From the human T2T-CHM13v2.0 reference genome, Homo sapiens, in NCBI RefSeq assembly GCF_009914755.1, contig NC_060934.1: a stretch of 64,000 bases of DNA; one strand, written 5' to 3'. Positions 47,861 through 59,900 of the stretch are shown piece after piece. The notes under the pieces were generated by a model. That model was not told where the DNA came from, made no database searches, and saw only the letters and a program-made list of their open reading frames with translations. Position 1 is the first letter of the stretch, and every line of letters starts with the position of its first letter. The translations under genes and the position numbers were made by a program.

Positions 47861-50800
47861 GGTGTATAATTGGCCCTCTTTGAGCCCTTCGTTGGAAACG
47901 GGATTTCCTCATATAATGCTAGACAGAAGAATTCTCAGTAACTTCTTTGTGTTGTTTGTATTCAACTCACAGATTTGAACCTTCCTTTAGAGAGAGCAGA
48001 TTTGAAACACTCTGTTTTTGGAATTTGCAAGTGCAGATTTCAAGCGCTTCTAGGCCTATGGCAGAAAAGGAAATATCTTCGTATAAAAACTACACAGAAT
48101 CATTCTCAACAACTACTTTGTGATGTGTGCGTTCAACTCCCAGAGTTTAACCTTTCTTTTCATAGAGCAGTTTGGAAACACTCTGTTTGTAAAGCCTGCA
48201 AGTGCTTTTTTGGACTTCATTGAGGCCTTCGTTGGAAACGGGATTTCTTCATATAATGCTAGACAGAAGAATTCTCAGTCACTTCTTTGTGTTGTGTGTA
48301 TTCAAGTCACAGAGTTGAACCTTCCTTTAGACAGAGTAGTTTTGAAAAATTCTTTCTGTGGAGTTTGCAAGTGGAGATTTCAAGCGATTTGAGGCTAATC
48401 TTTGAAATGGAAATATCTTCGTGTAAAAACTATACAGAAGCATTCTCAGAAACTGCTTTGTCATCTGTGCGTTCAGTTCACAGAGTTTCACCTTTCTCTT
48501 CATAGAGCAGTTTGGAAAGACTCTGTCTTTAAAGTCTGCAAGTGATTAGTTAGACCCCTTTGAGGCCTTCGTTGGAAGCGGGACTTCTCATTTACTGCTA
48601 GACAGAAGAATTCTCAGTAAATCCTTTGTGTTGTGTGTATTCAACTCACAGAGTGGAACCTTCCTTTATTCAGAGCAGTTTTGAAAAACACTTTTAGTGG
48701 AATTTGCAAGTGGAGATTTCAAGCGATTTGACGCCAATCTTAGACATGGAAATATCTTCATATTAAAAGTACACAGAGTCATTCGTAGAAACTAGTTTGT
48801 GATGTGTGCCTTCAACTCACAGTTTAACCTTTCTTTTCATAGAGCAGTTGGGAAACACTCTATTTGTAAAGTCTGCAAGTGGATATTTGGACCTCTTTGA
48901 GACCTTCGTTGGAAACGGGATTTCTTCATATAACGCTAGACAGAAGAATTCTCAGTAACTTCTTTGTGTTGTGTGTATTCAACTCACCGAGTTGAACCTT
49001 TCTTTAGAGATAGCAGAGTTGAAACACTCTTCTTGTGGAATTTGCTAGTGTAGATTTCAAACGCTTCGAAGACAGTGATAGAAAAGGATATATCTTCGTA
49101 TTAAAACTAGACAAAATCATTCTCAGAAAACACTTTGTGATGTGTGTGTTCAACTCACAGAGTTTAACCTTTCTTTAATCGAGCAGTTTGGAAATACACT
49201 CTTTGTAAGTCTGCAGGTGTATAATTGGCCCTCTTTGAGCCCTTCGTTGGAAACGGGATTTCCTCATATAATGCTAGAAAGAAGAATTCTCAGTAACTTC
49301 TTTGTGTTGTTTGTATTCAACTCACAGATTTGAACCTTCCTTTAGAGAGAGCAGATTTGAAACACTCTGTTTTTGGAATTTGCAAGTGCAGATTTAAAGC
49401 GCTTCTAGGCCTATGGCAGAAAAGGAAATATCTTCGTATAAAAACTACACAGAATCATTCTCAACAACTACTTTGTGATGTGTGCGTTCAACTCACAGAG
49501 TTTAACCTTTCTTTTCATAGAGCAGTTTGGAAACACTCTGTTTGTAAAGCCTGCAAGTGCTTTTTTGGACTTCATTGAGGCCTTCGTTGGAAACGGGATT
49601 TCTTCATATAATGCTAGACAGAAGAATTCTCAGTCACTTCTTTGTGTTGTGTGTATTCAAGTCACAGAGTTGAACCTTCTTTTAGACAGAGCAGTTTTGA
49701 AAAATTCTTTCTGTGGAATTTGCAAGTGGAGATTTCAAGCGATTTGAGGCTAATCTTTGAAATGGAAATATCTTCGTGTCAAAACTACACAGAATCATTC
49801 TCAGAAACTGCTTTGTTATCTGTGCGTTCAGTTCACAGAGTTTCACCTTTCTCTTCATAGAGCAGTTTGGAAAGACTCTGTCTGTAAAGTCTGCAAGTGA
49901 TTAGTTAGACCCCTTTGAGGCCTTCGTTGGAAGCGGGATTTCTCATTTACTGCTAGACAGAAGAATTCTCAGTAAATCCTTTGTGTTGTGTGTATTCAAC
50001 TCACAGAGTGGAACCTTCCTTTATTCAGAGCAGTTTTGAAAAACACTTTTTGTGGAATTTGCAAGTGGAGATTTCAAGCGATTTGACGCCAATCTTAGAC
50101 ATGGAAAAATCTTCATATTAAAAGTACACAGAGTCATTCGTAGAAACTAGTTTGTGATGTGTGCCTTCAACTCACAGAGTTTAACTTTTCTTTTCATAGA
50201 GCAGTTTGGAAACACTCTGTTTGTAAAGTCTGCAAGTGGATATTTGGACCTCTTTGAGGCCTTCGTTGGAAACGGGATTTCTTCATACAACGCTAGACAG
50301 AAGAATTCTCAGTAACTTCTTTGTGTTGTGTGTATTCAACTCACAGAGTTGAACCTTTCTTTAGAGAGAGCAGAGTTGAAACACTCTGTTTTTGGAATTT
50401 GCAAGTGCAGATTTCAAGCCATTCTAGGCCTATGGCAGAAAAGGAAATATCTTCGTATAAAAACTACACAGAATCATTCTCAACAACTACTTTGTGATGT
50501 GTGCGTTCAACTCACAAAGTTTAACCTTTCTTTTCATAGAGAAGTTTGGAAACACTCTGTTTGTAAAGCCTGCAAGTGCTTTTTTGGACTTCATTGAGGC
50601 CTTCGTTGGAAACGGGATTTCTTCATATAATGCTAGACAGAAGAATTCTCAGTAAATCCTTTGTGTTGTGTTTATTCAACTCACAGAGTGGAACCTTCCT
50701 TTATTCAGAGCAGTTTTGAAAAACACTTTTTGTGGAATTTGCAAGTGGAGATTTCAAGCGATTTGACGCCAATCTTAGACATGGAAATATCTTCATATTA

Positions 50801-50982
50801 AAAGTACACAGAGTCATTCGTAGAAACTAGTTTGTGATGTGTGCCTTCAACTCACAGAGTTTAACCTTTCTTTTCATAGAGCAGTTGGGAAACACTCTAT
50901 TTGTAAAGTCTGCAAGTGGATATTTGGACCTCTTTGAGGCCTTCGTTGGAAACGGGATTTCTTCATACAACGCTAGACAGAA

Positions 50983-53900
50983 GAATTCTCAGTAACTTCT
51001 TTGTGTTGTGTGTATTCAACTCACAGAGTTGAACCTTTCTTTATAGGGAGCAGAGGTGAAACAGTCTTTTTGTGGAATTTGCCAGTGTAGATTTCAAACG
51101 CTTCGAAGTCAGTGATAGAAAAGGAGATATCTTCGTATTAAAAGTAGACAAAATCATTCTCAGAAAACTCTTTGTGATGTGTGTGTTCAACTCACAGAGT
51201 TTAACCTTTCTTTAATCGAGCAGTTTGGAAATACACTCTTTGTAAGTCTGCAGGTGGATATTTGGCCCTCTTTGAGCCCTTCTTTGGAAACGGGATTTCC
51301 TCTTATAATGCTAGACAGAAGAATTCTCAGTAACTTCTCTGTGTTGTTTGTATTCAACACACAGATTTGAACCTTCCTTTAGAGAGAGCAGATTTGAAAC
51401 ACTCTGTTTTTGGAATTTGCAAGTGCAGATTTCAAGCACTTCTAGGCCTATGGCAGAAAAGGAAATATCTTCGTATAAAAACTACACAGAATCATTCTCA
51501 ACAACTACTTTGTGATGTGTGCGTTCAACTCACAGAGTTTAACCTTTCTTTTCATAGAGCAGTTTGGAAACACTCTGTTTGTAAAGCCTGCAAGTGCTTT
51601 TTTGGAGTTCATTGAGGCCTTCGTTGGAAACGGGATTTCTTCATACAACGCTAGACAGAAGAATTCTCAGTTACTTCTTTGTGTTGTGTGTATTCAACTC
51701 ACAGAGTTGAACCTTTCTTTAGAGAGAGCAGAGTTGAAACACTCTGTTTTTGGAATTTGCAAGTGCAGATTTCAAGCGATTCTAGGCCTATGGCAGAAAA
51801 GGAAATATCTTCGTATAAAAACTACACAGAATCATTCTCAACAACTACTTTGTGATGTGTGCGTTCAACTCACAGAGTTTAAACTTTCTTTTCATAGAGC
51901 AGTTTGGAAACACTCTGTTTGTAAAGCCTGCAAGTGCTTTTTTGGACTTCATTGAGGCCTTCGTTGGAAACGGGATTTCTTCATATAATGCTAGACAGAA
52001 GAATTCTCAGTCACTTCTTTGTGTTGTGTGTATTCAAGTCACAGAGTTGAACCTTCTTTTAGACAGAGCAGTTTTGAAAAATTCTTTCTGTGGAATTTGC
52101 AATTGGAGATTGTAAGAGATTTGAGGCTAATCTTTGAAATGGAAATATCTTCGTGTAAAAACTACACAGAATCATTCTCAGAAACTGCTTTGTTATCTGT
52201 GCGTTCAGTTCACAGAGTTTCACCTTTCTCTTCATAGAGCAGTTTGGAAAGACTCTGTAAAGTCTGCAAGTGATTAGTTAGACCCCATTGAGGCCTTCGT
52301 TGGAAGCGGGATTTCTCATTTACTGCTAGACAGAAGAATTCTCAGTAAATCCTTTGTGTTGTGTGTATTCAACTCACAGAGTGGAACCTTCCTTTATTCA
52401 GAGCAGTTTTGAAAAACACTTTTTGTGGAATTTGCAAGTGGAGATTTCAAGCGATTTGACGCCAATCTTAGACATGGAAATATCTTCATATTAAAAGTAC
52501 ACAGAGTCATTCGTAGAAACTAGTTTGTGATGTGTGCCTTCAACTCACAGAGTTTAACCTTTCTTTTCATAGAGCAGTTGGGAAACACTCTATTTGTAAT
52601 GTCTGCAAGTGGATATTTGGACCTCTTTGAGGCCTTCGTTGGAAATGGGATTTCTTCATTCAACACTAGACAGAAGAATTCTCAGTAACTTCTTTGTGTT
52701 GTGTGTATTCAACTCACAGAGTTGAACCTTTCTTTAGAGAGAGCAGAGTTGAAACACTCTGTTTTTGGAATTTGCAAGTGCAGATTTCAAGCGATTCTAG
52801 GCCTATGGCAGAAAAGGAAATATCTTCGTATAAAAACTACACAGAATCATTCTCAACAACTACTTTGTGATGTGTGCGTTCAACTCACAAAGTTTAACCT
52901 TTCTTTTCATAGAGCAGTTTGGAAACACGCTGTTTGTAAAGCCTGCAAGTGCTTTTTTGGACTTCATTGAGGCCTTCGTTGGAAACGGGATTTCTTCATA
53001 TAATGCTAGACAGAAGAATTCTCAGTAAATCATTTGTGTTGCGTTTATTCAACTCACAGAGTGGAACCTTCCTTTATTCAGAGCAGTTTTGAAACACTCT
53101 TTTTGTGGAATTTGCAAGTGGAGATTTCAAGCGATTTGACGCCAATCTTAGACATGGAAATATCTTCATATTAAAAGTACACAGAATCATTCGTAGAAAC
53201 TAGTTTGTGATGTGTGCCTTCAACTCACAGAGTTTAACCTTTCTTTTCATAGAGCAGTTCGGAAACACTCTATTTGTAAAGTCTGCAAGTGGATATTTGG
53301 ACCTCTTTGAGGCCATCGTTGGAAAAGGGATTTCTTCATATAACGCTAGACAGAAGAATTTTCAGTAACTTCTTTGTGTTGTGTGTATTCAACTCACAGA
53401 GTTCAACTTTTCTTTAGAGAGAGCAGGGTTGAAACACTCTTTTTGTGGAATTTGCTAGTGCAGATTTCAAACGCTTCGAAGACAGTGATAGCAAAGGATA
53501 TATCTTCGTATTAAAACTAGACAAAATCATTCTCAGAAAACACTTTGTGATGTGTGTGTTCAACTCACAGAGTTTAACCTTTCTTTAATCGAGCAGTTTG
53601 GAAATACACTCTTTGTAAGTCTGCAGGTGGATAATTGGCCCTCTTTGAGCCCTTCGTTGGAAACGGGATTTCCTCATATAATGCTAGACAGAAGAATTCT
53701 CAGTAACTTCTTTGTGTTGTTTGTATTCAACTCACAGATTTGAACCTTCCTTTAGAGAGAGCAGATTTGAAACACTCTGTTTTTGGAATTTGCAAGTGCA
53801 GATTTCAAGCGCTTCTAGGCCTATGGCAGAAAAGGAAATATCTTCGTATAAAAACTACACAGAATCATTCTCAACAACTACTTTGTGATGTGTGCGTTCA

Positions 53901-56900
53901 ACTCACAGAGTTTAACCTTTCTTTTCATAGAGCAGTTTGGAAACACTCTGTTTGTAAAGCCTGCAAGTGCTTTTTTGGACTTCATTGAGGCCTTCGTTGG
54001 AAACGGGATTTCTTCATATAATGCTAGACAGAAGAATTCTCAGTCACTTCTTTGTGTTGTGTGTATTCAAGTCACAGAGTTGAACCTTCTTTTAGACAGA
54101 GCAGTTTTGAAAAATTCTTTCTGTGGAATTTGCAATTGGAGATTTTAAGAGATTTGAGGCTAATCTTTGAAATGGAAATATCTTCGTGTAAAAACTACAC
54201 AGAATCATTCTCAGAAACTGCTTTGTTATCTGTGCGTTCAGTTCACAGAGTTTCACCTTTCTCTTCATAGAGCAGTTTGGAAAGACTCTGTCTGTAAAGT
54301 CTGCAAGTGATTAGTTAGACCCCTTTGAGGCCTTCGTTGGAAGCGGGATTTCTCATTTACTGCTAGACAGAAGAATTCTCAGTAAATCCTTTGTGTTGTG
54401 TGTATTCAACTCACAGAGTGGAACCTTCCTTTATTCAGAGCAGTTTTGAAAAACACTTTTTGTGGAATTTGCAAGTGGAGATTTCAAGCGATTTGATGCC
54501 AATCTTAGACATGGAAATATCTTCATATTAAAAGTACACAGAGTCATTCGTAGAAACTAGTTTGTGATGTGTGCCTTCAACTCACAGAGTTTAACCTTTC
54601 TTTTCATAGAGCAGTTGGGAAACACTCTATTTGTAAAGTCTGCAAGTGGATATTTGGACCTCTTTGAGGCCTTCGTTGGAAATGGGATTTCTTCATACAA
54701 CACTAGACAGAAGAATTCTCAGTAACTTCTTTGTGTTGTGTGTATTCAACTCACAGAGTTGAACCTTTCTTTAGAGAGAGCAGAGTTGAAACACTCTGTT
54801 TTTGGAATTTGCAAGTGCAGATTTCAAGCGATTCTAGGCCTATGGCAGGAAAGGAAATATCTTCATATAAAAACTACACAGAATCATTCTCAACAACTAC
54901 TTTGTGATGTGTGCGTTCAACTCACAAAGTTTAACCTTTCTTTTCATAGAGCAGTTTGGAAACACGCTGTTTTTAAAGCCTGCAAGTGCTTTTTTGGACT
55001 TCATTGAGGCCTTCGTTGGAAACGGGATTTCTTCATATAATGCTAGACAGAAGAATTCTCAGTAAATCATTTGTGTTGCGTTTATTCAACTCACAGAGTG
55101 GAACCTTCCTTTATTCAGAGCAGTTTTGAAACACTCTTTTTGTGGAATTTGCAAGTGGAGATTTCAAGCGATTTGACGCCAATCTTAGACATGGAAATAT
55201 CTTCATATTAAAAGTACACAGAATCATTCGTAGAAACTAGTTTGTGATGTGTGCCTTCAACTCACAGAGTTTAACCTTTCTTTTCATAGAGCAGTTCGGA
55301 AACACTCTATTTGTAAAGTCTGCAAGTGGATATTTGGACCTCTTTGAGGCCATCGTTGGAAAAGGGATTTCTTCATATAACGCTAGACAGAAGAATTTTC
55401 AGTAACTTCTTTGTGTTGTGTGTATTCAACTCACAGAGTTCAACTTTTCTTTAGAGAGAGCAGAGTTGAAACACTCTTTTTGTGGAATTTGCTAGTGCAG
55501 ATTTCAAACGCTTCGAAGACAGTGATAGCAAAGGATATATCTTCGTATTAAAACTAGACAAAATCATTCTCAGAAAACACTTTGTGATGTGTGTGTTCAA
55601 CTCACAGAGTTTAACCTTTCTTTAATCGAGCAGTTTGGAAATACACTCTTTGTAAGTCTGCAGGTGGATAATTGGCCCTCTTTGAGCCCTTCGTTGGAAA
55701 CGGGATTTCCTCATATAATGCTAGACAGAAGAATTCTCAGTAACTTCTTTGTGTTGTTTGTATTCAACTCACAGATTTGAACCTTCCTTTAGAGAGAGCA
55801 GATTTGAAACACTCTGTTTTTGGAATTTGCAAGTGCAGATTTCAAGCGCTTCTAGGCCTATGGCAGAAAAGGAAATATCTTCGTATAAAAACTACACAGA
55901 ATCATTCTCAACAACTACTTTGTGATGTGTGCGTTCAACTCCCAGAGTTTAACCTTTCTTTTCATAGAGCAGTTTGGAAACACTCTGTTTGTAAAGCCTG
56001 CAAGTGCTTTTTTGGACTTCATTGAGGCCTTCGTTGGAAACGGGATTTCTTCATATAATGCTAGACAGAAGAATTCTCAGTCACTTCTTTGTGTTGTGTG
56101 TATTCAAGTCACAGAGTTGAACCTTCCTTTAGACAGAGTAGTTTTGAAAAATTCTTTCTGTGGAGTTTGCAAGTGGAGATTTCAAGCGAATTGAGGCTAA
56201 TCTTTGAAATGGAAATATCTTCGTGTAAAAACTATACAGAAGCATTCTCAGAAACTGCTTTGTCATCTGTGCGTTCAGTTCACAGAGTTTCACCTTTCTC
56301 TTCATAGAGCAGTTTGGAAAGACTCTGTCTTTAAAGTCTGCAAGTGATTAGTTAGACCCCTTTGAGGCCTTCGTTGGAAGCGGGACTTCTCATTTACTGC
56401 TAGACAGAAGAATTCTCAGTAAATCCTTTGTGTTGTGTGTATTCAACTCACAGAGTGGAACCTTCCTTTATTCAGAGCAGTTTTGAAAAACACTTTTAGT
56501 GGAATTTGCAAGTGGAGATTTCAAGCGATTTGACGCCAATCTTAGACATGGAAATATCTTCATATTAAAAGTACACAGAGTCATTCGTAGAAACTAGTTT
56601 GTGATGTGTGCCTTCAACTCACAGTTTAACCTTTCTTTTCATAGAGCAGTTGGGAAACACTCTATTTGTAAAGTCTGCAAGTGGATATTTGGACCTCTTT
56701 GAGACCTTCGTTGGAAACGGGATTTCTTCATATAACGCTAGACAGAAGAATTCTCAGTAACTTCTTTGTGTTGTGTGTATTCAACTCACCGAGTTGAACC
56801 TTTCTTTAGAGATAGCAGAGTTGAAACACTCTTCTTGTGGAATTTGCTAGTGTAGATTTCAAACGCTTCGAAGACAGTGATAGAAAAGGATATATCTTCG

Positions 56901-59900
56901 TATTAAAACTAGACAAAATCATTCTCAGAAAACACTTTGTGATGTGTGTGTTCAACTCACAGAGTTTAACCTTTCTTTAATCGAGCAGTTTGGAAATACA
57001 CTCTTTGTAAGTCTGCAGGTGTATAATTGGCCCTCTTTGAGCCCTTCGTTGGAAACGGGATTTCCTCATATAATGCTAGACAGAAGAATTCTCAGTAACT
57101 TCTTTGTGTTGTTTGTATTCAACTCACAGATTTGAACCTTCCTTTAGAGAGAGCAGATTTGAAACACTCTGTTTTTGGAATTTGCAAGTGCAGATTTAAA
57201 GCGCTTCTAGGCCTATGGCAGAAAAGGAAATATCTTCGTATAAAAACTACACAGAATCATTCTCAACAACTACTTTGTGATGTGTGCGTTCAACTCACAG
57301 AGTTTAACCTTTCTTTTCATAGAGCAGTTTGGAAACACTCTGTTTGTAAAGCCTGCAAGTGCTTTTTTGGACTTCATTGAGGCCTTCGTTGGAAACGGGA
57401 TTTCTTCATATAATGCTAGACAGAAGAATTCTCAGTCACTTCTTTGTGTTGTGTGTATTCAAGTCACAGAGTTGAACCTTCTTTTAGACAGAGCAGTTTT
57501 GAAAAATTCTTTCTGTGGAATTTGCAAGTGGAGATTTCAAGCGATTTGAGGCTAATCTTTGAAATGGAAATATCTTCGTGTCAAAACTACACAGAATCAT
57601 TCTCAGAAACTGCTTTGTTATCTGTGTGTTCAGTTCACAGAGTTTCACCTTTCTCTTCATAGAGCAGTTTGGAAAGACTCTGTCTGTAAAGTCTGCAAGT
57701 GATTAGTTAGACCCCTTTGAGGCCTTCGTTGGAAGCGGGATTTCTCATTTACTGCTAGACAGAAGAATTCTCAGTAAATCCTTTGTGTTGTGTGTATTCA
57801 ACTCACAGAGTGGAACCTTCCTTTATTCAGAGCAGTTTTGAAAAACACTTTTTGTGGAATTTGCAAGTGGAGATTTCAAGCGATTTGACGCCAATCTTAG
57901 ACATGGAAAAATCTTCATATTAAAAGTACACAGAGTCATTCGTAGAAACTAGTTTGTGATGTGTGCCTTCAACTCACAGAGTTTAACTTTTCTTTTCATA
58001 GAGCAGTTTGGAAACACTCTATTTGTAAAGTCTGCAAGTGGATATTTGGACCTCTTTGAGGCCTTCGTTGGAAATGGGATTTCTTCATACAACGCTAGAC
58101 AGAAGAATTCTCAGTAACTTCTTTGTGTTGTGTGTATTCAACTCACAGAGTTGAACCTTTCTTTAGAGAGAGCAGAGTTGAAACACTCTGTTTTTGGAAT
58201 TTGCAAGTGCAGATTTCAAGCCATTCTAGGCCTATGGCAGAAAAGGAAATATCTTCGTATAAAAACTACACAGAATCATTCTCAACAACTACTTTGTGAT
58301 GTGTGCGTTCAACTCACAAAGTTTAACCTTTCTTTTCATAGAGAAGTTTGGAAACACTCTGTTTGTAAAGCCTGCACGTGCTTTTTTGGACTTCATTGAG
58401 GCCTTCGTTGGAAACGGGATTTCTTCATATAATGCTAGACAGAAGAATTCTCAGTAAGTCCTTTGTGTTGTGTTTATTCAACTCACAGAGTGGAACCTTC
58501 CTTTATTCAGAGCAGTTTTGAAACACTCCTTTTGTGGAATTTGCAAGTGGAGATTTCAAGCGATTTGACGCCAATCTTAGACATGGAAATATCTTCATAT
58601 TAAAAGTACACAGAATCATTCGTAGAAACTAGTTTGTGTTGTGTGCCTTCAACTCACAGAGTTTAACCTTTCTTTTCAGAGAGCAGTTCGGAAACATTCT
58701 ATTTGTAAAGTCTGCAAGTGGATATTTGGAACTCTTTGAGGCCTTCGTTGGAAAAGGGATTTCTTCATATAACGCTAGACAGAAGAATTCTCAGTAACTT
58801 CTTTGTGTTGTGTGTATTCAACTCACAGAGTTGAACCTTTCTTTAGAGAGAGCAGAGTTGAAACACTCTTTTTGTGGAATTTGCTAGTGCAGATTTCAAA
58901 CGCTTCGAAGACAGTGATAGAAAAGGATATATCTTCGTATTAAAACTAGACAAAATCATTCTCAGAAAACACTTTGTGATGTGTGTGTTCAACTCACACA
59001 GTTTAACCTTTCTTTAATCGAGCAGTTTGGAAATACACTCTTTGTAAGTCTGCAGTTGGATAATTGGCCCTCTTTGAGCCCTTCATTGGAAACGGGATTT
59101 CCTCATATAATGCTAGACAGAAGAATTCTCAGTAACTTCTTTGTGTTGTTTGTATTCAACTCACAGATTTGAACCTTCCTTTAGAGAGAGCAGATTTGAA
59201 ACACTCTGTTTTTGGAATTTGCAAGTGCAGATTTCAAGCGCTTCTAGGCCTATGGCAGAAAAGGAAATATCTTCGTATAAAAACTACACAGAATCATTCT
59301 CAACAACTACTTTGTGATGTGTGCGTTCAACTCACAGAGTTTAACCTTTCTTTTCATAGAGCAGTTTGGAAACACTCTGTTTGTAAAGCCTGCAAGTGCT
59401 TTTTTGGACTTCATTGAGGCCTTCGTTGGAAACGGGATTTCTTCATATAATGCTAGACAGAAGAATTCTCAGTCACTTCTTTGTGTTGTGTGTATTCAAG
59501 TCACAGAGTTGAACCTTCCTTTAGACAGAGCAGTTTTGAAAAATTCTTTCTGTGGAATTTGCAAGTGGAGATTTCAAGCGATTTGAGGCTAATCTTTGAA
59601 ATGGAAATATCTTCGTGTAAAAACTACACAGAATCATTCTCAGAAACTGCTTTGTCATCTGTGCGTTCAGTTCACAGAGTTTCACCTTTCTCTTCATACA
59701 GCAGTTTGGAAAGACTCTGTCTGTAAAGTCTGCAAGTGATTAGTTAGACCCCTTTGAGGCCTTCGTTGGAAGCGGGATTTCTCATTTACTGCTAGACAGA
59801 AGAATTCTCAGTAAATCCTTTGTGTTGTGTGTATTCAACTCACAGAGTGGAACCTTCCTTTATTCAGAGCAGTTTTCAAACACTCTTTTTGTGGAATTTG

